From Paraspadella gotoi (taxonomy: Eukaryota > Animalia > Chaetognatha), in contig CM119264.1 in NCBI GenBank assembly GCA_051294375.1, forward strand, positions 9,050,764 to 9,114,763: a stretch of DNA of 64,000 nucleotides, in the 5' to 3' direction. Below the pieces are notes generated by a model, which had not been told where the DNA came from, did not search any database, and was given only the letters and a program-made list of their open reading frames with translations. Position 1 is the first letter of the stretch, and the number at the start of each line of letters is the position of its first letter. This document shows positions 39,184 to 53,070 of the stretch, piece by piece. Made by a program: the position numbers and the translations under genes.

Positions 39184-42100
39184 ATGATTTCAAATTTTTT
39201 AGCGATTTTCGCCTTTCTCATCTTCTTAGGCAAAACCCTGGCTTTTGACACGGGTGAGACTATAGTAATTCTTAATGTTCTCAACTTTTTTACTTTGATA
39301 ACATTTTATTTGTAAAAAATTCTAAGCTAGAATAGGACAATTTAAAAAGAATTTGTGCGACATGTCATATTTAAAATACGTTATATTAATTTATTTTTAT
39401 AATGCTAGCCGAAGGACGGCATGATTATTAAAAATTACTAAAAAATTTATCCGCGTAAAAATTCATTTATAACTTATAATTTACTCCAACGTAACATTCA
39501 AAACTGCGATAATCCAATATACATATATAATACAATACATAATTAAGGTCAAATTCTTCTGCTTTCTTTCGACGGATTCGCTTTCGATTATTTCAAAAAA
39601 ACTGGAATTCGAACCTCACCAATTTTCGACGGGTATCGCGGAGAGGAGTCAAGACTTCGGGTGAGTATCACTTGGTTAGTTAGATAACGGGTAGTCAAGA
39701 GGCGAAACATTGCTCCGTTTAATAGTTTAGTGATAAAAATCGGATCTCGAAATAAAAAAAAAAACTTTGACGTATGTCTGATGATCAATTCTTTTCCATT
39801 TCCAAAAAATGAACCAGAGACTCTTCTTTTTTCTTCTTCTTCGTCAGACGGCGTCTTCCCTCCGTTCGTGACTAACACATTTCCGAGTCACTACTCGACA
39901 GTCACTGGCCTCTACGTCGAGAGTCACGGCGTCGTTGGGAATTATTTTTACGACCCGAGTCTCAACGAATCGTTCAGGTCTGAGGGAGAAGGAAATTGAT
40001 TTGATTGTCGAAATGGCTTCTTGACTGATTGGTAGTTAAAAATCGAAAAATCGTAATTCGTAAATTGGTTCACCTTTGGTAGAAAAAAAAAACAATACAT
40101 TTTGGTTTGATTTAAATATGTTCGGCGGCATCACAACTGTTTTTTAAATCAATGAATGAATGAATAAAAGAATTAATGTATGAATGATTGAATCAATTAA
40201 TCAAAAAATCAAATCAATGAAATCAATGAAATCAATCAAATCAATCAAATCAAACAAATCAATCGATCAAATCGATTTAGAGACGATTTAGTAACATTTT
40301 AATGGTTGACAACAACGAGAATGTTTTTACATGAAAACGGATGTATATGTTTCGACTAAATGTTAGACTTCGTTTGCACTGATAAAGGCTAACAATTAGT
40401 CGAAACATATCCGTTTTCATGTAAAAACATTCTCGTTGTTGTCAACCATTAAAAAGTTATTATTTTGCCTCTATTCATTTATTAAAAATTTAAATCATAG
40501 AAGTAAACTAATAATTAAAAAAGTGAAAAAAATTGGCTTTCAGCTACCGAGCTCAAGACTTTGATCCCAAGTGGTGGAACGGGGGCGAACCCATTTGGGT
40601 GACGGCGAGACGACACGGACTCAAATCCGCGACTTACTTTTGGGTCGGAAGCGAAATAGAAATCAGAGGATGGAGGCCAAATCATTACAAGGTTGTCATT
40701 GATATTGTGAGAAGATTTCATAGTAGTGATATTGTACTCAATGGTGACCTTCCTATACTAAGTTATTACAAAAAAATGGTTCGGGTCATCATTATATCAC
40801 AATTCCAAGAATAGATTTAGCTGGACTTGAGAAGAGCGTGAAATGTCGTTATGCTTGAGATTATCAATGAAAAAAAGAATTTAAAAAAATGTTTTTTCTC
40901 TTTTCTCTTTTTATTTTTCTCTTTGAGATGTACGATCCTCGAGTTCCCTTCGAGGATCGAGTCGATCAGGGGCTCAAGTGGTTGGACGAGGGTAAGTTTT
41001 AATCGCCGACGAACGGCAAGACTGGAAAAAGATCCAAGATCTTACCACACTTACCATACGCATTTTCCCTCACCAAGGAATCGATGTGGTCTGCATCTAC
41101 TTCAACGAGCCCGACTTTACAGGCCACATGTACGGTCCTGATTCCCCAGAGGTCGTCGAGGCCGTCTTTAAGATGGACAAACTTTTGGGTACGTAACACA
41201 AAACACAAAATCATTAATAAATAATTAATTTTTTTAAACGATCTGATTATATTAGATTTAAACTATCATTCATTTTACATTAATAAAGTAAATAAATCTT
41301 AATGGAGTTGTCGATCACTCTACCTCCCACTCAGGACGCATCCTGGACGGATTAGAGGCCAAGGGTCTCGATTCAAGTGTGAATCTCCTGTTGACGAGCG
41401 ACCACGGAATGGTTGATATTTGGCCCAATCAGACAATCTCTTTGCGCGACTACATCGACATGAGGTGACTGGGTGTGACCTTTTTCTAATATTGGTTTAA
41501 CATCTATCTTGGCTGTCTGGTTGATTGATTTGTTAAGAACATTTTATTATTTATAGTCTATGCAATAAAAATTGATTTCAGAATGTTCCACTCTACGTGA
41601 CAGATGATCCTTCACTCTTTTCTATTTTTAGCCAAATCCGCGTGTCTTTTGGGGTCCGACGACGATGATTCTTTCACTTCGGCCAGAAGACACGCTGAAG
41701 GTGTTCCAACAGCCTCAAGACGGCGCAACCCCCGGATGAAGGTCTTCATGAAGAACGATATTCCCGAGAGATGGCGTTATAGGACAACGAAGATCATGGA
41801 CATTTCGCCGTTGCCGAACGAAAGTTGGTTCGTTCTTATCCATTGTTTAGATGTGAAGCTCGAAATGTTCAATGTTCGAAATAGTCCATAGTGAGGAAAT
41901 ATTCGAGTCATATCTTTGACTATTACTTATAAACTTGTATCTTTTCTTTCTTTTCGTTGTGTATGTGAGATTTGGTTACAAAGTACAGGGCAGAATCAAG
42001 ACCGAAAACAGTCCAAATAATTAATGAAAAAACCGTTGTTTAATGCAAATAAATTCTCTGCTACTTTGTAACCAAAATACTTCATACAACTAAAAATGAC

Positions 42101-42547
42101 ATTGTATTCCGGACAGGTAATCGTTGACGAAGACAAGGTTTCCCGACAGACAAAGACTCAGGGCCGACCAAGAAAGGAACTTCACGGCTACGATAATGCC
42201 CTTTCCTCCATTGAGGGCCCCCCCCATTTTTTTCGCCAAAGGTTCGCGTTGGTAATTGCATGCTCATTTTCAAGGTACGTGTCAGGACTGGCACCATTTC
42301 ATTCTATTCAGGTCCGGGCATCGCTTCAGGCAAAGTCGTCCCGAGCTTCGACAGTGTTAACTACTACAGCCTAATGTGTCGTCTGCTGGGGATTCCCGCT
42401 GCCCCCAACAACGGCACGGTGGAGGTGGTTCGGAACATCCTCAAAGACGATTCGTCGGCGGGGTCGTCTGCGAATGGGAAGTCTCTGTCGGCGGTGATTC
42501 TCACCTGCGTTGGTCTTTTGTTCTTATTGTTGAATCAATTTTTTTAG
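39184..42547 (+). CDS. Ectonucleotide pyrophosphatase/phosphodiesterase of the short ENPP4-7 type, 10 exons, with signal peptide and C-terminal hydrophobic (GPI-like) tail; best copy
   Basis: Exons: [23 protein letters not shown] / [11 protein letters not shown] / [36 protein letters not shown] / [32 protein letters not shown] / [19 protein letters not shown] / [17 protein letters not shown] / [10 protein letters not shown] / IPERWRY / HGYDN / [53 protein letters not shown]. The Thr nucleophile and the Zn-ligand motifs are all present. Confidence 0.93.
40280..40471. mobile_element. ~190-bp foldback MITE flanked by TA (Tc1/mariner-type TSD) in an ENPP intron; third copy at ~46600-46756
   Basis: ~80-bp inverted arms (TTTAATGGTTGACAACAACGAGAATGTTTTTACATGAAAACGGAT.. 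/ ..ATCCGTTTTCATGTAAAAACATTCTCGTTGTTGTCAACCATTAAA), with TA at 40278-79 and 40472-73. Confidence 0.8.
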
Positions 42548-43543
42548 TGTTACTTATCGCCATTAATTTTTTTGAAAGAAAAACTTATCTTGACTTTTAT
42601 CAGATACTTTAATTTATTCAATTTGAAGCTTTAGTCGTTATTGATCCTTGTTTAGTTAATGTAGGAGACGATTTCGTTTAACATATATATATAATATATA
42701 TATATATTATATATAATTACATATTTGGGAGCTCAAATGATTCGAACAGAGACGACGAATACAACACCGAAGACGACGACGAAGTTTTTGTACTTTTTGT
42801 CCCGTAGTGGTCAGTAAGAATGACCGTTTGTAACCAAACAGAGACCTTGTTAGGACTGACCTTTTTCAGCCAATGTAAATACGTATTTTTTGTTGTTGTT
42901 ATTATATTATTTTTGAAATATCAAAATTAGAGTAAACTGCCAAGAAAATTTGAGTAGGCGGAAGATAAATTATAAGTAGGTATATTAAAATTTTAAGAAT
43001 TTTCGCCACTTAATATTGTCACGAATTTTTGTCACGTTTTGCTACGTTTGTGTCACCAAGAATAAACATTTGGACCGTTTTGGAAGCTCGCGTTCAACTT
43101 TCTTTAAATATTCAGTCGGCGAGACTCTTGTCAAATACACCAACTCATACTCATCGAACGCCCTGGACCGCAGGCGTGTCGAATAAATTCTCTTCTGTAA
43201 AGAGCTAAATTATTTACAGGACAGGACAGGTTCGAGATATTTTCCTCTCTTAAAAGTATGAAACTGACTTTTCTTAGAAACGAAAAAGACCAAACGACAT
43301 TCATGGACTTAACTGGTCTAACGGGAATTCATGGTCTACGAGGTTATACTGCCTTACAATGATTTGACGGATTTATCGATTTATAATTTAGGCCGCACGC
43401 CATTCCATGTCAGTCGTCTTTAGGATTTTCCTGAGCCGAAGTTACTTCCAGATTTTAATTAAAAACATCACCAAACAGTATTTTGAATTTGAGAGTAGTG
43501 TACAAGATTATACTAGATTAATTTTTTTAAAAACCGAGAGAAT

Positions 43544-44717
43544 ATGTGGGGAAATTTCGCAGCGATCGTTATTCTGATCCAAAAGTTCGGATTTGCCACA
43601 GGCCAAGGAGCGGGTAAGTTTTCTCAGTCCTTTTTAAAGTATGAGAAAAAAAAATTTATAAGGACATAACGTGGTTTAAAAAAAAAAAGAAACAGTAAAA
43701 TTCGGACTTTTTTGAGTCCATAGGTCAGTGTCATAGTGACAGATAAGGCGACGTATTTACGATTTAATAATTATAATAACACTCTTTTCCAGAACAAACC
43801 TAAAATACTTACCATAACCATTACTTTTTTAGCAACTAGGTAGTCATAAAAATGTATAATTATTATTTTTAGACAATTTAAATGCGTTTTTTAATGACCC
43901 GATAACCGTAAATCATGCGAGGGATAAAAGCAAAACAGTCTTTTTAAAAAAATATTGTTTAAAAAAAATATTTCTGTCCAGTCCACTTTTTGGTCCGTCC
44001 CGATTTCAAGGGCAAGAATTTTCTCTACTTCGTCCTTTGTGATCGCCAAGCAAGCTTGACAGTTTTCTCCGAGTCGGTGGCCGAAGTCTTTATTAATTAC
44101 ATCCCTCTCTACTCTGCGTCCTCATCAAGTGAAAGTTATACGGTCGCGGTAAGGCTCTGTTTGTTTTGATTTATATGTTTACATAACCTTAGTGTGACCG
44201 CGTGTGTAATATTTACTTCTTTATATAATTTGTATTTACATTAATTTAATTCATCTGTTCTAGGAGGGCGCCAGCGTCGCCGTCTCCGTCGCGCCCGACG
44301 CCGCCTGCGACACCAGCAGGGAACAAAGCCTCCTCATCCAGGCGCACTCTGGCGTCGAATTTAGCGTCGTCGTCGACATAACCGACGTCGGCAGCGGCGG
44401 AAATAGGTTAGAGCACGTTTATCGGAGATCAACGCGTAATTTCTTCTATTATTATTATTAGTATTATTAATCTTGGCAGAATACGGTAAATGTTTTTGTA
44501 ACGTTTGAAACGTATTGTAAGGCGTCGCTTCAACTTAATTCCCTCCGACGTCTTCGCTCGCACCTTCACTATGGTCGCGCCCCCTGGAGGTGACGAGGGG
44601 TGGCGCCGCTTCATCGTCAACACCCCTTCCGGCGCGAGGGCGAATACGTATCGGGAGAAGAGTGGAGGGGGTTACGAGAAAACCGACGGGTCGGAGGGTG
44701 AGTTTGGAAAGTGTGTG

Positions 44718-44789
<72 letters not shown>

Positions 44790-45083
44790 TTCTAAGAAAA
44801 AAAGGGCGATAACAGTAACTTTTGACGAGCTCTCCTCCCATTCTTCGATCTACTCTGCCTCTCCCTGCAGTATTCCCCGACGGCGTCGTCACCTTTCCTT
44901 CCTCCTACGCAATTCTCGCTTCTCAAGTCGGCGAACTTCCGGTTCTGTCCGACGACAGATGGCACCGGCGACATTTGGTGGAGATGGCGTGGCGACGTCA
45001 ACCGGAAGTCGCGTCGATCGAGTTGTTCGTCGTCTGCGCAGGCGCAGTGAAGTGCGATATTCAGTCTTGAGGTCAGTCAGTGT

Positions 45084-45125
<42 letters not shown>

Positions 45126-45841
45126 TTCTAAGAAATTGACGACAATTATTCGTCTCGGGTCATCAATCCAGAGATGCCCCCCACCCCCGCTTTTTTATGC
45201 GCACCAAACTGCGATGGGGAACATCGTGGACGAACACGGATTACGATTTACATTTCCCTTTGATTATCATCATATCAAATACTTTCTCCAGGTCATCGGA
45301 TCATCCACACATCAACAAGACTGTGGACTCCGACTCAATCTTGATCCAAAAGCCGCCGTCTGTTTCGTCGTCGTCGTCGCCTGTTCCATCGACTTGGTAC
45401 GAGGCCGACTGCTCACGACCTTGCCGGATCTTTTTTCGTCCCGGCGCCGGAGAGAAGTGGACTCCGGTTCAGCCGACGCCGAGTTTTGCCGACGAATACG
45501 CGTCGACTTTGACGCCGGTCGATCGTTACGTCGTTTCTGTCGTCGTTAGGAAAGATTACAAGGTGCACTACATTGCATTAGACAGCATTATAACTGTGCA
45601 CGTTATTCTTAAAATTTAAAAGATATTCAGCTATTAGGGATATTGCCTTGTTATATTTTTAAATTAATTTATGCCCACAGGAAGGAATTTTTCTGAACGG
45701 TATCTACTTAAATGGCAGTTGGACCGAGACTGGGATCGAGAATTACGTGAACCTGAAACAAGTTCTGCCTAAAAGTGAGATTTTGCATATAAAATGTATC
45801 CCACTTTGCATATTTGCAAGTTTATTTGGTTATATATTACT

Positions 45842-45938
<97 letters not shown>

Positions 45939-46585
45939 CGGCCATTTTTCGGCTTCAACACGCCTTCACCCGTGGGTGTCTTAGGCGTCAACATCTTCCG
46001 TGTTTCCGGCTGCGTTGAAGGAGCGACGGAAGGGGCTGACGTCGACTGCAGCGCCGCCGTTGTCGTTTCTCAGACGAACGCCGGGGGACGCTTGCCCGAA
46101 TTTCGGGAAGGGTGTCTAGAAGGAGAAAATTTTGTCACCGGTAGGAAAGAAGTGATGATGACAAATTTTCGCTAGTGGTGTTAGTAAAAATTAAGTTGAA
46201 TTCATTAGTTAGTATCGAAAAGAAAAATATGAATATCTATCTTTTATTGATAATTTATTTGAAAATAGTGTGTAAATATTATCCTGTATCCTTTTGTGAT
46301 AATCCTTTCGTTTGTTGTTTGAAATAGATTAAAGGAAAACGAAATTTTTTCGCGCTTTAACAACATTTATTTTTTATGTAATGGACAAGTTTCGACTCTA
46401 GTTTTCAAGTCTTCATCAGCATTGAAAAAGATACTTTCCTGTATCCTTTATCTTGTATTCGAGTAATAAGTACAATTTCAAACGCTTAATCAGATTCCGG
46501 CGCCACAATTCTCGGCGATGGCGTCGACAACGACTGCGACGGCGCCATCGACGAACGCGTCGTGGCTTCGGTCGCCTTCTCGGAC
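43544..46585 (+). CDS. 5' half (signal peptide + IgGFc-binding-like domain + DNDCDG motif) of the mosaic ZP gene; cleaner duplicate of 49975-53070, truncated at the duplication junction
   Basis: Exons: MWGNFAAIVILIQKFGFATGQGA / ..APDAACD.. / RRFNLIPSDVFARTFTMV.. / ..WYEADCSRPCRIFF..PVQPTPSFADEYASTLTPVDRYVVSVVVRKDYK / EGIFLNGIYLNGSWTETGIENY / ..GCLEGENFVT / DSGATILGDGVDNDCDGAIDE. Confidence 0.7.
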
Positions 46586-46599
46586 GAAAGAGAGAGATC

Positions 46600-49500
46600 A
46601 AACAACGGAAGTTTTTACATGAAACGATGTATATGTTCGACTAAAATGTAGACTTCGTTTGCACTGATAAAGGTAACAATTAAGTCGAAACATATCCGGT
46701 TTCAATGTAAAACATTCTCGTTGTTCGTCAACCATTAAAAAGTTATATTTTGCCTCTATTTCATTTATAAATTTAAATCATAGAAGTAAAACTAATAATT
46801 AAAAAAGTGAAAAAATTGGCTTTACGCTACCGAGCTCAAGACTTTGATCCCCAGTGGTGGAACGGGGGCGAACATTTGGTGACGGCGAGACGACACGGAC
46901 TCAAATCGACTTCTTTTGTCGGAAGCGAATAGAAATCAGAGGAGGAGGCAATCATTACAAAGGTTGTCATTGATATTGTGAGAAGATTTCATAGTAGTGA
47001 TAATTGTACTCATTGACCTTCCTACTACTAAGTGTAGTTACAAAAAAATGGTTCGGTCATCATTATTATCAGCAATCCAAGAATAGATTTAGCTGGACTT
47101 GAGAAGAGCGTGAAATGTTCGTTATGGTTGAGATTATAATGAAAAAAGGAATTTAAAAAAATGTTTTTTCCTCTTTCCTCTTTTAATTTTTCTCTTTTTA
47201 GATGTACGATCCTCGAGTTCCTTCGAGGATCGAAGTCGATCAGGGGCTCAAGTGGTTGGACGAGGTACAGTTTTATCGCCGACGAACGGCAAGACTGGAA
47301 AAAGATCAAGATCTACCAACTTACCAATAACCCATTTCCCTCAGCCAAGGAATCGGATGTGGTTGATCTCTCAACGAGCCGATTTCCAGGCCACATGTAC
47401 GGTCCTGATTCCCCAGAGGTCGTCGAGGCGTCTTTAAGATGGCAACTTTGGGTACGTAAACAAAACACCAAAATCATTAATAAATAATTAATTTTTTTAA
47501 AACGATTCTATTATATTAGATTAAACTTTCATTCATTTTACATTAAATAAAGTAAATAAATTTAATGGAGTTGTCGATCAAACTCTACCTCCCACTCAGG
47601 ACGCATCCTGGACGGATTAGGAGGCCAAGGGTCTCGATCAGTGTGAACTCCTGTTGACGAGCGACCACGGAATGGTTGATTATCTTGGGCCCAATCAGCA
47701 CAATCTCTTGCGCGACTTACCATCGACACGAGGTGACTGGGTGTGACCTTTTTCTAATATTGTTTTAACGATCTATCATTTCGGGCTGTTCCTGGTTGAT
47801 TGATTTGTTAAGCAACATTTTTTATTATTTTATTAGTCTATGCAATAAAAATTGAATTTCAGACAATGTTCACTCTACGTCGACGATGATCCTTCAACTC
47901 TTTTCTATTTTTAAGCAAATCCGCGTGTCTTTGGGGTCCGACGACGATGAATTCTTTTCACTTCGGCCAGAAGACACGCTGAAGGTGTTACAAACAGCTC
48001 AAAGACGGCGCAACCCCCGGATGGAAGGTCCTTCGCCCTGAAGACGATTAATTCCCGAGAGATGGCGTTATAGGACAACGAAGGATCATGACATTCTCGC
48101 CGTTGCCGACGAAAGTTGGTTCGTTCTTATCCATGTTTGTTGAGTGTCAATTGTTCGAAATAGTCCATAGTGAGGAAATATTCGAGTCATACTCTTTGAC
48201 TATTACTTATAAAACTTGTATCTTTTCTTTCTTTTCGTTGTGTATGTGAGATTTGGTTTACAGAAAGTACAGGGCAGAATCAAGACACGAAAACAGTCCA
48301 AATAATTAATGAAAAACTCGTTGTTTATGCAATAAATTTCTGCTACTCTGTTGTAACCAAATACTTCAACCAACTAAAAATGACATTGTATTCGCGGACA
48401 GGTACATCTTGACGAAGACCAAGGTTTCCCGACAGACAAAGACTCAGGGCCGACCAAGAAAGGAACTCACGGCTCGATAATGCCCTTCCTCCATGAGGGC
48501 CATTTTCTTCGCCAAAAGGTTCGCGTTGGTAATTGCAATGCTCATTTTAAGGTACGTGTCAGGAACTGGCAACATTTCATCATCTACTTCAGGTCGGGCA
48601 TCGCTTCAGGCAAAGTTCTCCGAGCTTCGACCAGTGTAACTACTACAGCTAACTGTGGTCGTCTGCTGGGGATTCCCGCTGCCCCAACACGGCACGTGGA
48701 GTGGTTCGGAACATCCTCAAAGACGATTCGTCGGCGGGTCGCTGCGATGGGAAGTCTCTGTCGCGGTGATTCTCACCTGCGTGTGGCTCTTTTGTTCTTA
48801 TTGTTGAATCATGTTTTTTAGTGTTACTTATCGCCATTAATTTTGTTTGAAAGAAAAACTTATCTTGGACTTTTAATCAGATCTTTAATTTAATTCCATT
48901 TGAAGAATTTAGTCGTTATTGATCCTTGTTTTTGTTAATGTAGGAGACGATTTCGTTTAACCATACTTATATAATAAATATATATAATATATAATATATA
49001 TATAATATATATAATATAATTAATATATATATATTATATTATATATATATATGCAAATTGGTACAATATAATATAATATAATATATAATATATATAATAT
49101 ATATACAGTATATTAAATATATGTACATATTCTGGGAGTCAAATGATTCGAACAGAGACGACGAATACAACACCGAAGACGAACGACGAAGTTTTTTGTA
49201 CTTTTGTCCCGGTAGTGGTCCAGGTAAGAATGACCGTTTTAACCACAACAGAGACCTGTTAGGACTGACCTTTTTCAGCCACATGTATACGTATTTTTTG
49301 TTGTCTGTTATTATATTATTTTGAAATATCAAAATTTAGAGTAAACTGCCAAGAAAATTTTGAGTAGGCGAAGATAAATTAGTAAGTAAGTATATATTAA
49401 AATTTTTAAAGATTTTCGCAACTTAATATTGTCACGAATTTTTGTCACGTTTTTGCTACATTTGTGTCACCAAGAAATAAACATTTTGGACGTTTTGGGA

Positions 49501-51137
49501 AGCTCGCGCTTCAACTTTCTTTAAATATTTCAATCGGCGAGAACTCTTGTCAAATACACACTCATACTCATCGAACCCTGGACGCAGGCTGTCGAATAAA
49601 TTCTCTTCTGTAAAGAGCTAAATTATTTACAGGACAGGACAGGTTCGAGATATTTTTCTCTGGCTTAAAAGGTCTATGATAACTGACTTTTCTTAGAACG
49701 AAAAAGACCAACCGACATTCATGGACCTTAACACTGGTCTAATCGAATTCATGGTCTAGCGAGGTTATACTTGCCTTACAATGATTTGACGGATTTATCG
49801 ATTTGATAATTTAGGGCCGCACGCCATTCCATGTCAGTAGTCTTTAGGATTTTCTGACGCCGAAGTTACTTCCAGATTTTAAATTAAAGAACATCACCAA
49901 AAACAGTATTTGAATTTGAGAGTAGTGTAATACAAGATTATACTAGATTAATTTTTTTAAAAACCGAGAGAATTATGTGGGGAAGATTTCGCAGGGATCG
50001 TTATTCTGATCCAAAGTTTCGGATTTGCCACAGGCCAAGGAGCGGGTAAGTTTAATCAGTCCTATTTTAGAAGTATGAGAAGAAGAATAAAATTTATAAG
50101 GACATAAACGTGGTTTAAAAAAAAAAAAAGAAACAGTTAAAATTCGGCTTTTTTGAGTCATAGGTAGTGTCTAGTGACAGAGTAAGGCGAACGTATTTAC
50201 GATTTAATAATTATAATAACACTCTTTTTCAGAACAAACCTAAATCTTACCATACCATTACTTTTTTAGCAACTATGTATCATAAAAATGTATAATTATT
50301 ATTTTTGACAATTTAAATGCGTTTTTTAATGACCCGATAACCGTAAATCATGGCGAGGATAAACAAAACAGTCTTTTTAAAAAAATATTGTTTAAAACAA
50401 TATTCTGTCCAGTCCACTTTTGTGGTCCGCCGATTTCAAGGCAGAAGTATTTCTCCTACTTCGTCTTTGTGATCGCAGCAGCTTGACAGTTTCTCCGAGT
50501 CGGTGCCGAAGTCCTTTTATTATTACATCCCTCTCTACTGCTGCGTCTCATCAAGTGAAGTTATACGTCGCGGTAAGGCTCTGTTTTGCTTTTGATTTAT
50601 ATTTTACATAACTTAGGTGACCAGCGTGTTAATATTACTTCTTATATAATTTGTATTTACACTTAATTTAATCTCATCTTTCTATGGAGGGCGCCCAGCG
50701 TCGCCGTCTCCGTCGCCTCGACGCGCCTGCGACCCACGCAGCGGAACAAAGCCTCCTCATCCGGCGCACTCTGGGCGTCGAATTTAGGCGTCGTCGTCGA
50801 CATAACCGACGTCGCAGCGGCGGCAAATAGCGTTAGAGCACGTTTCATTCGGAGATCAACGCGTAATTCTCTATTTATTAATTTTAGTATTATTAATCTT
50901 GGCAGAATACGGTAAATGTTTTTTGTAACGTTGAACGTATTGTAGGCGTCGCTTCAACTTAATTCGCTCCGACGTCTTCGCTCGCAACCTTCAACTATGC
51001 CGCGCCCTCTGGAGGTGACGAGGGTGGGCCGCTTCATGTCAACACCCTTCCGGGCGAGCGGCGAATACGTATCGGGAGAAAGAGTGGGGGGGGTTACGAT
51101 GAAAACCGACGGGTCGGAGGTGAGTTTGGAAAGCTGA

Positions 51138-51225
<88 letters not shown>

Positions 51226-51528
51226 TTCTAAGAAAAAGGGCGATAAACAGTAACTTTTGACGAGCTCTCTCCCATTTCTTCATCTACTCTGCCTCGTCCC
51301 TGCAGATTCCCCGACGGCGTCGTCACCTTTCCTTCGCTCCTACGCAATTCTCGCTTCTCAAGTCGGCGAACTTCCGGTTCTGTCCGACGACGATGGCACT
51401 GGCGACATTTGGGGTGAGAGATGGCGTGGCGACGTCAACCGGAAGTCGGTCGATCGAGTGTTCGTCGTCTGCGGCAGCGCGCAGTGAGGGCGATAATCCA
51501 GTCTGAGGTCAGTCAGTTTAGAGAGAGA

Positions 51529-51561
<33 letters not shown>

Positions 51562-53070
51562 AGGGAATTCTTCTAGAGAAATTGACGACATTTATCGTCT
51601 CGGGTCATCATCCAGAGATGCCCCACCCCGCTTTTTTATGCGCACCAAACTGCGATGGGGAACATGGCGACAACACGGATTTACGATTTACATTTCCCTT
51701 TGTATTATCATACATACAAATACTTTCTCCAGTCATCGGATCATCCACACATAAACAAGCACTGTGGACCGATCAATCTTGATCGCAAAAGCCGCCGTCT
51801 GTTTCGTCGTCGTCGTCGCCTGTTCATCGACTTTGGTACGCGGCCGATCTGCTCACGACTTGCCGGACTTTTTTCGTCCCGCGCGCCGGGAGAGAAGTGG
51901 ACTCCGTTCAAGCCGACGCCGAGTTTTGCCGTACGAATACGCGTGATTTGGACGGGCCCGGTCGATCGTTAACGTCGTTTCTGTCGTCGTTAGGCAAAGA
52001 TTAAAGGGCACTACATTGCATTGACACATTATACTGTGGCACGGTTATTTTAAATTTTAAAAGATATTCAGCTATTAGGGATATTGCTTGTTTATTTGTA
52101 AATTAATTTATGCCCAGGAAGAATTTTCTGACGGGTACTCTACTTAAATGGCAGTTAGGACCAGGACTGGGATCGAGAATTACGTGATACCTGAGACACA
52201 AGTTCTGCCTAAAAGGTCGAGATTTGCATATAAAATGTATCCACCAAAACCTTTGCATATTTGCAAGTTATTTGGTTATATATTACAATTTCTCTCTCTC
52301 TCCCTCTCTCTCTCTCCTCCTCTCTCTCTCTCTCTCTCTCTCTTCTCCTCTCCTCTCTCTCCTCTCCCTCTACGTTGCTCATCTCTCTCTCACGCGCAAC
52401 ATTTCTTCCTCAGACCCCTCACCCGTGGAATGTATTAGTGGTCAACCATCTCCGTGTGTCACGGTGCTTGTAAGGAGCGACGAAGGAGGCTACGTCGACT
52501 TGCAGGCGCCGCTCCGCTATGTTCTTCTCCTCGCCACTGCTCGGTGGGACGTCTTGCAGAATATTCGGGAACAGCGTGTTTTACATTGCGATAAATTATG
52601 TCACCCGGTATAGGAAAAATGTGAGTGATCGAACAAATTTGTTTGCTAGTGGTTATAAAATTTAAGTTGTGAATTCCATTAGTTATGTACGAAAAGTAAA
52701 TATCATCGAATAATCTATCTTTTATTGATATTTATTAGACATACATAGTTGTTAGTAATATATATCCTTTATACTTTTGTGATAATCTCTCTTTCGATAT
52801 TGATGTCTCTGAAAAAGAATAAAGTGAATAACGAAATTTTTTCCCTTAACAACATTATTTTTTTATTAATGACAAGTTTCGACATCTAGTTTCAAGTCTT
52901 CATCAGCATTGAAAAAGGACTACTTTCTGTATCCTTTATCTTGTATTCGAGAATAAGACAATTTCAAGCTTAATTCAGATTCCGCGCCCACAATTCTCGG
53001 CGATGGCTCGACAACGATGCGACGGCGCCCATCGACGAACGCGTCGTGGCTTCGGTCGCTTCCCTCGGAC
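46600..53070 (+). repeat. Noisy tandem duplicate of ~40300-46585
   Basis: Colinear from the middle of the intronic MITE through the ENPP 3' exons, the intergenic region and the 5' exons of the ZP gene. Confidence 0.92.
46825..48821 (+). CDS. ENPP copy 3 (5'-truncated, indel-noisy; matches copy 2 at diagnostic sites)
   Basis: Exons from FDP.WWNGGE to the hydrophobic tail are recognisable. Confidence 0.6.
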
